A stretch of DNA of 64,000 nt from an uncultured delta proteobacterium (GTDB taxonomy: Bacteria; Myxococcota_A; Polyangia; Haliangiales; Haliangiaceae). Below, piece by piece: positions 30,759 to 43,533 of this stretch. The stretch is taken from contig CAWKDB010000010.1 in assembly GCA_963848295.1 (NCBI GenBank), positions 3,168,001-3,232,000 of the forward strand, read 5' to 3'. Each line of letters begins with the position of its first letter. Positions within the stretch are counted from its first letter, which is position 1. The notes beneath the pieces are model-generated. The model saw only the letters and a program-made list of their open reading frames with translations, searched no databases and was not told the DNA's origin. The position numbers and the translations under genes are program-made.

Positions 30759-31840
30759 CGATCGAGCGACAGCTCGACGAGCTCGAGCTTGCCGTGGCGC
30801 CGGCCGAGCGTGACCGCGATCGGGCCGCGCAGGACCTCTTGCGCCATCACGCGGTCGTCGCTGTCGCCGTCGAGCAGCGCGCCCGGGACCCCGGGACCGA
30901 GCATGAGCGTGCCGATGTGCGGATGCGGGCTGCGGATCTCCGACTCGCTCCAGTCGAACTTGCCGCCCTTGTCATCGGTCACGACGAGGAGGCCCTCGTC
31001 GAGCGCGACCGTCCACGCGCCGCCGCCGTCACGCCACTCGATGCGCATGCGGTAGTTCGCGTGCGCTGCCTTCGGATCGACGAGGTAACGCGCGATGTCG
31101 GCGGTGTGAAACAGATCCGGCATCGCGAGCCGAAACTTCACGAGCAGGACGTCGTCGCGATGGCCGGTGACCTTGCCGAGGATGACGAGCGGCCGCGGCC
31201 AGCCGCGGTTCCAGCTGACCGACACGCTGGCGTCCCAGCCACCGACGCTCAGCTGTGGCGGCGGAACGTCGACCGCGGTGAACCCGAGCACCGTGGCCGG
31301 CAGGTTCTCGGTGCCGTTGACCGACAGCGTCCAAGGCGAGTCGATCACCTTCGCGCCGTCGTTCGATAGTACCTCGAGCGGACCCTCGAAGTGCCAGGCG
31401 ATCGGCTTACCGGCGAAGCGATCGCGCAGCTGCCCGAACGTGACGAGGCTGGGCGCGACGAGGTGCGCGTCGAAGTCGTAGAAGCCGCGGAGCTGGATCG
31501 CGTCGTCGAGCGTCAGGCCGTCGGGCGCTTCGCCGGAGAATTGCCACTCGCCGGTCTTGCTCAAGAACGCGACGACGCGCGTGCCCGGCTTGAAATAGAC
31601 ATGCCCGCCCGCGGTCGTCACGACGAGGTCGCCGGACTTCTTGCCGCGCAGCGCCGACTCGACATGGAGCTTCACGGCGAGCGACTCGGTCCCGGGATGC
31701 GCCGGGCCCACGAACGTCGCGACGACGACGTCGGGTGACGTCTTGATCACGTCGTCGAGCGACGTCGCCATCGGGTGCGCCGAGGCAATCGCCGAAACCG
31801 CCATCGCCGCCGCGATCGCGACGGCCCGCGCCGCGCTCAC
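30755..31840 (-). CDS. Hypothetical secreted protein
   Basis: Signal peptide [24 protein letters not shown] start overlaps the stop of the SEC-C gene. Confidence 0.65.
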   Translation of the reverse strand: MSAARAVAIAAAMAVSAIASAHPMATSLDDVIKTSPDVVVATFVGPAHPGTESLAVKLHVESALRGKKSGDLVVTTAGGHVYFKPGTRVVAFLSKTGEWQFSGEAPDGLTLDDAIQLRGFYDFDAHLVAPSLVTFGQLRDRFAGKPIAWHFEGPLEVLSNDGAKVIDSPWTLSVNGTENLPATVLGFTAVDVPPPQLSVGGWDASVSVSWNRGWPRPLVILGKVTGHRDDVLLVKFRLAMPDLFHTADIARYLVDPKAAHANYRMRIEWRDGGGAWTVALDEGLLVVTDDKGGKFDWSESEIRSPHPHIGTLMLGPGVPGALLDGDSDDRVMAQEVLRGPIAVTLGRRHGKLELVELSLDR

Positions 31841-32463
31841 GTCGCCGCTTCGCCGTGGCACTTCTTGTATTTCTTGCCCGAGCCGCACGGGCACGGCTCG
31901 TTGCGGCCGACCTTCGCGGTGGACACGAACGTGCCTTGGCGCTCGCCCGGGCGGCGGCCGGTGAGCGCGGCGTCGAACGCCTCGACGACGACCTCGGTCG
32001 GCTTGATGATCACGTTCGCGGTCTCGGCCGCCATCGCGGCTTCCTTGACGTCCTCGGCGATGAGCTCGGCGAGCTTCGCGTAGATGTGCGGCTGCGCGGC
32101 GACGAGCGGCTGCGCGACGCGTTCGTGCACCGGCTTGTCCGCGAGCCCCGCGACTTGGCCGAGCGCCTCGGTGACGATCTTGTCGGCGTCGTTGAGGTTC
32201 GCCTGGGTCAACCGCGGCAGCGTGCCTTCGTTCGCGCGATCGAACATCGACCACACGAGCGTCGCGTAGAACACCGCGGCCTCGCCGACCGCGTCCCCGT
32301 GCTCGGCGCGCACCGATGCGGCGTGCTGCAACAAGAACGGCTGCTCTTTCTGCAGGCGCTGCGCGAGCTTGTTCATCGCCTTCTTGTCGCCGCGCTTGTC
32401 GAGGCGGGTGAACGCGGCGATCGTGTTTTCGACGGCTTCTGCGGTGACGATGGGCGCGGTCAT
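31837..32463 (-). CDS. SEC-C motif domain protein
   Basis: C-terminal [21 protein letters not shown]. Confidence 0.9.
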   Translation of the reverse strand: MTAPIVTAEAVENTIAAFTRLDKRGDKKAMNKLAQRLQKEQPFLLQHAASVRAEHGDAVGEAAVFYATLVWSMFDRANEGTLPRLTQANLNDADKIVTEALGQVAGLADKPVHERVAQPLVAAQPHIYAKLAELIAEDVKEAAMAAETANVIIKPTEVVVEAFDAALTGRRPGERQGTFVSTAKVGRNEPCPCGSGKKYKKCHGEAAT

Positions 32464-32491
32464 GCGGCCTGAAGATACCGAAAACTCCGCG

Positions 32492-33829
32492 CTAAGGCGC
32501 GAGCTGATCGAGGCAACCGCCGGCGATCGGACACTTGCGCGGGAACAAGCCGACGTCGACGAGGGCCAGCGTCGCGCCGACGTAGTCCGGCTTGAGGTGC
32601 CCCATCACGCGATCGGTGCCGGCCGGGAAATTGACGAGCAGCGACGGCAGCGGCGGCTTGCCCTGTGCCGGCGTCGCGGAGAACACCACCTCGAGATCGA
32701 GGTTCGTCGCCGAAGCCTCGCGCTTGAACGTGACGACCAGGCCGGGATGTTGCGCCGGCCTCTGGTCGGCCGGCATGGCAGCGAGCGGGTCGATGACGTT
32801 GACCGTGACGCAGCCGGGCTTCGCGCAGCCGGACAGCGTCGTCGATTCCCACCGCGAAATCCGCGCATCGATCGCGGCCGCGGCGGCGGCGGCATCGGCC
32901 GGCGGCTTGCGCGCGGCGATGTACACCGTGCGGGTGTTCCAGTTCGCCCACACGTCGAACGGGCGAAAGAAGCTCAGGCCGAGCGCGCCATCGAGGTCTT
33001 CTTCTTCCCACCGCTTGTCGTCGTACGGAATGATCGGGACGTCGTGAACCGAGATGTTACCGACCGTGACCACGCCGACCGCCGCCTCCGACACGATGCG
33101 AGAGCTGCCAGCTTCGTCGACGACACCAAAGGGCTGGGTCTGATGCGGCGCGAGCTGCGCCTTGTCCCACAAGCTCTGGCGGAGCTGACTCGCGACCGCG
33201 CCGAGATCCAGGTGCATCGCGAACGACTTCGCGCCCACCGTCGCCGAGATCAGCTTGCGCCCGAGCGGCACGACGTCGGCGTTCGGGACCTTGCTGTCGA
33301 CGAGGTCGTAGCGCATCGCGGAGAAGCCCTCCGGCGGCTTCCACGTCGAGGTCGTGACGAGGTAGCCCATGCCGGCGTCGCGATCGAAGCCGAACACGAG
33401 CGAGTCGGCGAGCACGTCCTTGCCGATCACGCCGCGCACCTGCCGGCCGTCGATGTCGTAGGTGCCGGGCTTCACGACCATCGCCGAGAGCTTCTCGACA
33501 ACGAGCGTGCCGACGTGAAGACCCTGGACCTCTGCGTAGAACCGCACTTGTTGCGTGTCGCTCTCGTCGAGCCGGTGCGGGCCCTTGCCGATCCGCAGCC
33601 CGATCTCGGTCACGAGATCCTGATCGATGATCGACGTGTTCGCGTCCGGATCGATCGCGAAGACGTACGGCCCTTTGCCACCGATCATCACCGGCGCGAG
33701 CAACACGCCGTTCTCGAGCGGGCCGATCAGCGGAAACGCCCAGCGATCGCCCTGCGAGAACCCGGGCGGCGGACCGACCGAGCAAGCCGCGGCGAAGCAC
33801 GCGAGCGCGAAGACGGCGAGTCGAGCCAT
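32492..33829 (-). CDS. Two-lobed retropepsin-like (aspartyl protease fold) lipoprotein, paralog C
   Basis: Lipobox [16 protein letters not shown] / GVIGKDVL and MHLDLGA / GALGLSFF. Confidence 0.75.
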   Translation of the reverse strand: MARLAVFALACFAAACSVGPPPGFSQGDRWAFPLIGPLENGVLLAPVMIGGKGPYVFAIDPDANTSIIDQDLVTEIGLRIGKGPHRLDESDTQQVRFYAEVQGLHVGTLVVEKLSAMVVKPGTYDIDGRQVRGVIGKDVLADSLVFGFDRDAGMGYLVTTSTWKPPEGFSAMRYDLVDSKVPNADVVPLGRKLISATVGAKSFAMHLDLGAVASQLRQSLWDKAQLAPHQTQPFGVVDEAGSSRIVSEAAVGVVTVGNISVHDVPIIPYDDKRWEEEDLDGALGLSFFRPFDVWANWNTRTVYIAARKPPADAAAAAAAIDARISRWESTTLSGCAKPGCVTVNVIDPLAAMPADQRPAQHPGLVVTFKREASATNLDLEVVFSATPAQGKPPLPSLLVNFPAGTDRVMGHLKPDYVGATLALVDVGLFPRKCPIAGGCLDQLAP

Positions 33830-33891
33830 CGCGCCGATGGTAACTCGGTCGGCGTAGGAATCCAGCGCGTGCCGCAGCAGTCTGCGAGCGG

Positions 33892-34023
33892 TCAAGGCAA
33901 CGGCGGCTCTTGTGCGATCACGCAGTGCGCCGGGGCGTCGCAACCGAGCGGAAATGGGCTCGCGTCGATCACCTCGAGCTTTGCACGGGCGTAGCGCGCC
34001 TCGGCCGGCGGCCCAGGGCGCAT
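33892..34023 (-). pseudogene. 43-codon ORF or relic: C-terminal tip of a fourth retropepsin-like paralog
   Basis: MRPGPPAEARYARAKLEVIDASPFPLGCDAPAHCVIAQEPPLP* matches the C-termini of the neighbours (TLEVIDASPFPVACESPGPCVISEQPPRP; TLAVIDESPFPRECDSPAHCVIA). Confidence 0.75.
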
Positions 34024-34045
34024 AGGCCATCGCGGCGATGGTGGC

Positions 34046-35326
34046 TCAGGGCCGCGGCGGTTGCTCGGAAATCACGCACGGACCTGGCGACTCGCACGCC
34101 ACCGGAAACGGGCTCGCATCGATCACCTCGAGCGTCGCTCCGGTGTAACCCGTATCGATCGGCGCGCTCAGCCCCGGCGCGCCGCTCGGCAGGTTGACGG
34201 TCAGGGTCGGCAGGCGCTCGCCGCTCGGCGAGGTCGCCGCGATCGTGACCTCGAGCGGCAGCCGGATCGCGATCGGATCGCGCACCACCTGCAGCTCGGG
34301 CGCGTTCGGATCGCCACCTAGCGCGACCCTCGCGCAGCCCGCGTCCGGGCAGCGATCGATCACGGCGCCCCAGCGACCGAGCCGCAGCGTGCGCTCCGCC
34401 GGAGAAGCCTCGCGCGGCGTCAGGTAGAGCTTCTCGTGTTGCCAGTCCGCCACGATCGCGAATGGCCGGAAGAAGTCCAGACCGAGCGTGCCCTCGAGCT
34501 CGCCGTTGTCGAGCCAGCGCTTGTCCTCGAACTTGACGAACCCGACGTGGTCGCGCGCGACGCCCTGCGCATCGACGTGAGGCGCGAGCCCGACCGTGTC
34601 GACATCGCGGTGCGCGCCGACCTGATCGATCATCGTGAAGCTCGCCGGTTGCGGCTCGAGCCCTGCCTCCGCCCAGTGCCCCGGGCGCAGCGAGCTCTGG
34701 GTGCGGCCGAGGTCGACCGCGAGGTCGTAGGTCTTGCCGTTGATCGTCGTCTTGACCAGATCGTTGACGACCGAGACCCGCTCGACACCTTTGTGATAAT
34801 CGAGCTCGCGCGCGCCGGTCGGCGCCTTGAACGCCTCTTGCGTCGACAGCCAGGCGATGCCGCGCTCGCGATCGACGCCGAACACGAGTGAATCCGCGAT
34901 CACGTCGCGCCCGATCACGCCGTAGATCCGGCGGCCGTCGGCGTCGAACATGTTGCGGCCCCACGTCACCGCGTAGAGCAGGCTGATCTCGAGATCGCCG
35001 ATCTTGACGTTCGGTAGCGACCTGCCGAACGTCGGGTGGGTCGTGTCGGTCTGATCCTGGACGCGCGCCGCCGGCTTCAACGGAATGCCGGCGCGCGCGA
35101 ACACTTCACCGTCGACGACGCTGACCCGGGTCTCGGGATCGATCGCGAACAGGTACGGTCCCTTGCCATCGACCCACACCGGCGTGACCAGCTTGCCGTC
35201 GGCGAGCGGATCGACGAGCGGGAACGTCCAGGTAGAGCCCTCCGAAAACCCCGGCGGCGAGCCGATCGCACACGCCCCGAGGAGTCCGACGAAACCGAGA
35301 GCAGCGAACGTTTGGAATCGCGTCAT
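34046..35326 (-). CDS. Two-lobed retropepsin-like lipoprotein, paralog B
   Basis: Lipobox LLGAC; GPYLFAIDPET / GVIGRDVI and LAVDLGR / GTLGLDFF. Confidence 0.75.
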   Translation of the reverse strand: MTRFQTFAALGFVGLLGACAIGSPPGFSEGSTWTFPLVDPLADGKLVTPVWVDGKGPYLFAIDPETRVSVVDGEVFARAGIPLKPAARVQDQTDTTHPTFGRSLPNVKIGDLEISLLYAVTWGRNMFDADGRRIYGVIGRDVIADSLVFGVDRERGIAWLSTQEAFKAPTGARELDYHKGVERVSVVNDLVKTTINGKTYDLAVDLGRTQSSLRPGHWAEAGLEPQPASFTMIDQVGAHRDVDTVGLAPHVDAQGVARDHVGFVKFEDKRWLDNGELEGTLGLDFFRPFAIVADWQHEKLYLTPREASPAERTLRLGRWGAVIDRCPDAGCARVALGGDPNAPELQVVRDPIAIRLPLEVTIAATSPSGERLPTLTVNLPSGAPGLSAPIDTGYTGATLEVIDASPFPVACESPGPCVISEQPPRP

Positions 35327-35448
35327 GGACCAACCCTAGCGACGCGCGCGGTGCTGCCTTATTAAACGGACGTTAGCCGCGCTGGCATCACACTTCGCAA
35401 CGTCAGCGGGCCGAGAGCTGCTCGCCGCAACGGGTGTCGCAGTGCCAG

Positions 35449-36741
35449 TTACTGCCGTAGATCAGAGGCGATCACGCAGTGTGCCGGCGAATCACACTCG
35501 CGCGGAAACGGGCTCTCGTCGATCACGGCGAGTGTTGCTCCGGTGTAACGCGGGTCGAGCGGCGTCGCGAGATCGGCGACGCCGGCAGGCAAGCTGATCG
35601 TCAGCGTCGGCAGCTTGTCGCCGTTCGGCGCGGTCGCCGCGACGACGAGCTCGAGCGGCGCCTGACCCGCGGACGGATCGCGCGTGACTTGCAGTTGCGG
35701 CGCGGCGTCGCCGGTGACTTGCACGGCGACGCAGCCGGTCGCGCTGCACGGCAGCAGCGCGCCCCACCGGGTCATGCGGATCTGCTTGGCCTCGGCGGAG
35801 TCGACGCGCGGCTTCAGGTAGATCTTCTCGTGATCCCAATCGGCGATGAATGCGAACGGCTGGAAGAAGTCCAAACCGAGCGTCCCTTCGAGCTCGCCGT
35901 CGTCCAACCCTCGCCGGTCCTCGTACGACACGAAGCCGAGGTGGTCGCGCTCGATGCCTTGGACCTCGACGTGTCTCGCAATGCCGACATGATCGGTCTC
36001 CCGTGGGGAGCCGAGCTCGTCGACGACGACACCGCGTTTCGCGATCGGGACGAGCGACGCCTCCGCCCAGTGATTCGGACGGAGCTCGCTGTCGACCCGA
36101 CCGAAGTCGAACGCGAGCTGATACGTTTTGGCGTCGACCTTCGTCGAGACCAACTCGTGTACGACCTCGACGCTCGCGGGGTGGCCTCCGAAGCCGATCT
36201 GCATCGGGCCTTTGTGATACTCGAGGACTCGCGCGTCGGTCGGTGCGGTGAAGGCTTGCTGGGTCTTGAGCCAAGCGATGCCGCGATCGCGGTCGACCCC
36301 GAACACGAGCGAGTCGGCGATCACCTCGCGGCCGAGCACACCGTAGATCCGGCGACCATCGGCGTCGAACAAGTGATTGTTCCAGGTGAGCGCGTTGACG
36401 AGCGAGATGCTCGAGTTGCCGATCCGTACGTTGGGCAACGTCATGGCCCACGTCGGATGCGAGTGATCCGACTGGTCGACGAGGCGCGACTGCTGCGGCT
36501 GGGGAGTGATGCCGAGCTGATGGAACACTTCGCTGTCGACGATCGTGACGCGCGTGTCCAGATCGATCGCGAACAGGAACGGGCCCTTGCCGTCGATCAT
36601 CACCGGCGTGACGAGTCGGCCATCGGCGAGCGGATCGACGAGCGGGAACGTCCACGCCGAGCCTTCCGAGAATCCCGGCGGCGCACCGATCGAGCACCCG
36701 CCGTACAGGACCACTAACGCGACCGCACGCCTCACCAACAC
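35449..36741 (-). CDS. Two-lobed retropepsin-like lipoprotein, paralog A
   Basis: Lipobox-like LYGGC; GPFLFAIDLDT / GVLGREVI and LAFDFGR / GTLGLDFF. Confidence 0.75.
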   Translation of the reverse strand: MLVRRAVALVVLYGGCSIGAPPGFSEGSAWTFPLVDPLADGRLVTPVMIDGKGPFLFAIDLDTRVTIVDSEVFHQLGITPQPQQSRLVDQSDHSHPTWAMTLPNVRIGNSSISLVNALTWNNHLFDADGRRIYGVLGREVIADSLVFGVDRDRGIAWLKTQQAFTAPTDARVLEYHKGPMQIGFGGHPASVEVVHELVSTKVDAKTYQLAFDFGRVDSELRPNHWAEASLVPIAKRGVVVDELGSPRETDHVGIARHVEVQGIERDHLGFVSYEDRRGLDDGELEGTLGLDFFQPFAFIADWDHEKIYLKPRVDSAEAKQIRMTRWGALLPCSATGCVAVQVTGDAAPQLQVTRDPSAGQAPLELVVAATAPNGDKLPTLTISLPAGVADLATPLDPRYTGATLAVIDESPFPRECDSPAHCVIASDLRQ

Positions 36742-36814
36742 GGCTCCACGCTAACGCACCCCGTGCGCGCCCTTCATTAAGGCCTCGTTAGCGCGCGAGA
36801 CGGGTCCGGCGAAG

Positions 36815-39710
<2,896 letters not shown>

Positions 39711-39866
39711 CGCGATTTACCTCTGCGGAGTCGCCGATCGGCGAGTGGCGCGGACCTTACCAGCCTGTCGCGGCGAACCCAAGCGCTTGCTAGCCCTGCC
39801 TCTTGCAGGTTGGTTGTGGTGCAGCGGTCGAGTGATCACGGCTACTTGCTGCGGTACCGTCCGGCC

Positions 39867-40739
39867 GTGCACCGCTCGACTTGGTTGATGGCAATCGCTT
39901 TAGCGTTGGTCGGCTGTCCGGCGCATATGGCGGCGCCGACACCAATGCCGCCTTCAGGTAGCCGGAACCCGGGCGGCGCGAGGGCCGGGCTCGAGGTCGG
40001 TCCGCCACTCGTGACGCCGGGCGAGCGGATGAGCTATCGCCTGCAGCTCCAAGGCGTCGTGCTCGCGACGTACGAGCTCTCGGTGGGTGACTTCGCCGAG
40101 GTCGACGGAAAAAAGGCGATCGTCGTGCAGAGTCACGCGAAGGCGGTCGGGCTCGTCCAGATCGTCGCGAAGATCGATGACTACTTCACGTCGTGGATCG
40201 ACGTCACGACCGGCCGGCCATTGCGTTGGGTCACCGACGAATTCGGCACGAGGAGCTCGGACAAGGAGCGCACCGACGTTCGCTTCACGCAGCGCACTGG
40301 CGACATGTTGCCGGTCGAGTTCCACCTCAACGACGACAAGCCCATGCCCGAGCCGCAGACGCTGAGCATGCCCGACGTGTGGGACTACAACTCGTTCCTG
40401 ATCGCGCTGCGCCGCTGGGAGGGCCCGCCCGGGACCAAGATCACCGCCGAAGTCTTCCGCAGTCGTTACCTGTGGCACGTCGAGATGACGGTGCACGGCA
40501 AAGACCAGCTCCACACCGACCTCGGCGACTTCCCGGCACTGCGGCTCGACGGTCACGTCTACAAGCTCGGTCGCGACGACGCGCGGTTCCCCGATTCCGA
40601 CGAGCGCAACTTCTCGCTGTGGATCAGCGACGACGACGGCCGCGTACCGTTGCTCGTCACCGCGCGCACCGACTACGGCGACATCAAGCTCGAGATCACC
40701 GACTACCAACCCGGGACCGGACAGCGGCTCGGCAACTAA
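39867..40739 (+). CDS. DUF3108-like lipoprotein
   Basis: LALVGC lipobox; PGERMSY and LWISDD..RVPL motifs. Confidence 0.7.
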   Translation: MHRSTWLMAIALALVGCPAHMAAPTPMPPSGSRNPGGARAGLEVGPPLVTPGERMSYRLQLQGVVLATYELSVGDFAEVDGKKAIVVQSHAKAVGLVQIVAKIDDYFTSWIDVTTGRPLRWVTDEFGTRSSDKERTDVRFTQRTGDMLPVEFHLNDDKPMPEPQTLSMPDVWDYNSFLIALRRWEGPPGTKITAEVFRSRYLWHVEMTVHGKDQLHTDLGDFPALRLDGHVYKLGRDDARFPDSDERNFSLWISDDDGRVPLLVTARTDYGDIKLEITDYQPGTGQRLGN

Positions 40740-40752
40740 CTGGTTGAGGTCG

Positions 40753-41787
40753 TCAGTTGCCGACGGTCGCCCACGCGTCGTCGCCGGTCAACCATTGGGT
40801 GACCCATGCGTCGAGCGTGATGCCACCGGACGGTTGCGCGAGCGTCGCGAGCTGACCGAGCATCGTGTGATTCGTACCGGCGAGCTCGAACGCGTGGGTG
40901 CGCGCGTGATCGAAGTGGCCCGCGATCAGCGCGCTCTGCGCCTCGTCGATCGGCCCGGTGTAGCCGAAGTACGCCGTGATCGTCGCATCGTCGTCCCAGG
41001 TCAATAAGCCGACGCGGCTGTCCGGCTCTGCAGCGACGATGGTGTCGAACGCGGCGGTGAGGTCGCTCGCACAATCGGCGCACCCGGTCGGAAACGCGAG
41101 GTTCCACGCCGACTGCCATGACCCGTAGTTGGCATAGACCGGGATGAACGGCGACGAGTCTTCGAGCAGCGAGAGCTTCGCGGTCGGCCAGGCGTCGGCG
41201 AAGCGCAAGAAGTTCAGCGTCGCGCCGTAGCCGCCCGCGCTCGAGCCCGACACCCAGACGTTCGCGGCGTCGGGGAACGTCGCGTGGAGCGCGTCGACGA
41301 ACAGCTGCGTGTTCGTGCCGCCGGTGTGATGGATCGGCATCTGTCCCGCCACCATGTAGTCCTTCACGTTCGTCCCGGCGTGAAGGTCAGCGGTGCAATA
41401 CGGCACGAACACGAGGTTCGCGTTCGCGAGCGCCGCGTTCCATGAACGGTCGATCTCGAGCACCGCGACGTCGGTTGCGAGGTTCGCCGGGCCGTACGTC
41501 GTCGTCGTGTTGATCGCGGTCTTCAACACGAAGCAGGTGTTCGCGTCCCAGCACGCGCCGCCGCCCTGGAAGTACACGAACAGATCGTTGCCGGACGCCG
41601 CGCGGTTGATGCCAAACCCAGCGGGCGTGCCGTTCGCACAGGTCGAACCCGGGATCTCGACCCACACCCACTGGTTCGGTGTCGTGTCGATCACTCCGCT
41701 GTCGCTCGGCGCACCAGCGTCGGGGCCAGGCCCGCCGTTTGCCGGAGCATGACAAGCTGCAAGCAGCGCGAACGACAACAATCGCAT
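40753..41787 (-). CDS. Pectinacetylesterase/Notum-like alpha/beta hydrolase lipoprotein
   Basis: CANGTP, FQGGGACW, PYCTADLH, GSSAGG nucleophile elbow. Confidence 0.85.
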   Translation of the reverse strand: MRLLSFALLAACHAPANGGPGPDAGAPSDSGVIDTTPNQWVWVEIPGSTCANGTPAGFGINRAASGNDLFVYFQGGGACWDANTCFVLKTAINTTTTYGPANLATDVAVLEIDRSWNAALANANLVFVPYCTADLHAGTNVKDYMVAGQMPIHHTGGTNTQLFVDALHATFPDAANVWVSGSSAGGYGATLNFLRFADAWPTAKLSLLEDSSPFIPVYANYGSWQSAWNLAFPTGCADCASDLTAAFDTIVAAEPDSRVGLLTWDDDATITAYFGYTGPIDEAQSALIAGHFDHARTHAFELAGTNHTMLGQLATLAQPSGGITLDAWVTQWLTGDDAWATVGN

Positions 41788-41823
41788 TGCGCAATTGTAG
41801 TCCGATCTGGCTATCCTCTCCGC

Positions 41824-42423
41824 ATGAGGATCACGACCGCGCTCGTGGCGCTCACCGGATCGGCGTGTACGACGCCGTCGCACGGCCAGGTGATCTCCTC
41901 CGACCTCGCCGGCGGCAGCGGGATGATCGTGATCACGCAGAGCAGCGCCATGCTGCCGCCGTCGGGCTTCCTCTGGGGCGGCGAGTCCCCGGCGATCGGA
42001 CCGGCGGAGGCCGACTTTTATTTCGGCAACGACGAGGTCGATCCGAGCAGCGGCGCGCAGCTCGGCACGTACGCGACGATCGACTGCTATCCACTCGACT
42101 GGACCGCGCTGAGCGCGGGCGGGCCGACTCCGATCGCGTCGCTCGGTTGTCAGCTCGACGTCTCCGTGCTCGGCGGCGACAGCACGGCGACCGACTACGC
42201 CGACGTCGTGACCGCCGGCGCGATCACGGCGACGTCGAGCCTCGACAGCAACGGCAACGGCACCGTGACGCTGCAATTCGACGTCGCGACCCCGGTCGCC
42301 GCTACCGAGGCAGGGACGCAATCGATCATCGATCTGACGGTCGCGCTCGACGGCCTGCGCGGCACCGCGATGTTCGGTGACGTCTCGAGCTCGACCGATC
42401 ACTGCGAGCTGTGCTCGATCTAG
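41824..42423 (+). CDS. Hypothetical lipoprotein
   Basis: MRITTALVALTGSAC signal peptide; host-like codon usage. Confidence 0.6.
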   Translation: MRITTALVALTGSACTTPSHGQVISSDLAGGSGMIVITQSSAMLPPSGFLWGGESPAIGPAEADFYFGNDEVDPSSGAQLGTYATIDCYPLDWTALSAGGPTPIASLGCQLDVSVLGGDSTATDYADVVTAGAITATSSLDSNGNGTVTLQFDVATPVAATEAGTQSIIDLTVALDGLRGTAMFGDVSSSTDHCELCSI

Positions 42424-42452
42424 CGAGCGCGTCCGACTAGCGAGCGCGTCCG

Positions 42453-42487
42453 AAACGACAAAGGGACCGACGTTCCCGTCGATCCCT
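42453..42487 (-). terminator. Intrinsic terminator of the DsbA-like gene
   Basis: Minus strand AGGGATCGACG-GGAA-CGTCGGTCCCT (GNRA loop, one G-U pair) followed by TTGTCGTTT, about 20 nt after the stop codon. Confidence 0.7.
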
Positions 42488-42507
42488 GGGTGCGTTGGCG
42501 AAGCGCT

Positions 42508-43476
42508 TCAGTTCGGCTTCGGGTCCATCTTCGAGCGGAACTGGTGCTCGCCCTTGCCCATGATTTCCTTCTCGTAGTAGTCGGCGCTCGCCACGCCCGA
42601 GGCGTCTACGAGCTTGAGCTTCTCGTCGATCAACTGCCGGAACTGCGACTCCGGCAGTGCGCCACCGACGTGGGTGCCGTTGACATAGAGCGTCGGCGTC
42701 GAGTTGACCTTGAACTTCGCGAGCTCGGCCATGTCGGCGTCGATGACCTTCTTGCACTCGTCCGACTTCATGTCGGCCTTGAACTTGTCCATGTTGAAGC
42801 CCAGGCCGGCCGCGATCGCGAGCACGTTGTCTTCGCCGAGCTTCGTCGGGTCGCGCTTGGCGGCGTACTCGTCGAAGCCCTTGACCCAGAACTCGTTCTT
42901 GAACGCCGAGTACTTGCCTTGCTTTGCGGCCGCGCAGCTCGCGAGGTGCACGGTGGTCGCGACCTGCGGGTGGACGACCATGTTCTTGAACACGATCCGG
43001 ACCTTGCCGTTATACGACTTCACGAGCGACTCGAGCGTGTCGCTGACCTTGCGGCAATACGGGCACGCGAAGTCGAACGCTTCGACGATCGTGACCGGGG
43101 CGTTGGCCGGGCCTTCGGTCTGGCCAGCCTTGATGTCGTCCGCGACGTCGACCGCGAAGATCGCGTCCGGCGCGGGCTCGTCGCGTTCCTGCTGCTCTTG
43201 CTGCTGCTTCTGCTGGTTGTAGACCTTCTCGAGGAAGTCGAGCGCCTCCGCATACTTCTTGTTCGTGGCTTCGAGCTTGGCGACGCGCTCCTCGAGCGTA
43301 CCGGTCGGCGCTTCCGCCATCTGCTGCGTCGGCGACGCGGCCGCCGGGCCAGCGCCAGCGGACGGCGTCGGGACATTCATCCCCTTCGCGGTTGAGAGCT
43401 TGCTGTCGGCGTTTTCGCAACCGGCGAGCAGTGCGGCAGCACACAAGATCGAAACGAACGGCTTCATGGCGCGCAT
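42508..43476 (-). CDS. DsbA/thioredoxin-fold lipoprotein
   Basis: Lipobox LLAGC; DFACPYC active site; STPTLYVNG cis-Pro loop. Confidence 0.9.
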   Translation of the reverse strand: MRAMKPFVSILCAAALLAGCENADSKLSTAKGMNVPTPSAGAGPAAASPTQQMAEAPTGTLEERVAKLEATNKKYAEALDFLEKVYNQQKQQQEQQERDEPAPDAIFAVDVADDIKAGQTEGPANAPVTIVEAFDFACPYCRKVSDTLESLVKSYNGKVRIVFKNMVVHPQVATTVHLASCAAAKQGKYSAFKNEFWVKGFDEYAAKRDPTKLGEDNVLAIAAGLGFNMDKFKADMKSDECKKVIDADMAELAKFKVNSTPTLYVNGTHVGGALPESQFRQLIDEKLKLVDASGVASADYYEKEIMGKGEHQFRSKMDPKPN

Positions 43477-43533
43477 ATTGCCTCCCTAAACCGAGGGTGA
43501 CAAGGGGGAATTCCCCGTGGCAACCTCGCTCGG

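Noticed and set aside
42420..42453. 17-bp direct duplication CTAGCGAGCGCGTCCGA
   Set aside because: Adjacent tandem copies with nothing between them; most likely slippage rather than a target-site duplication.
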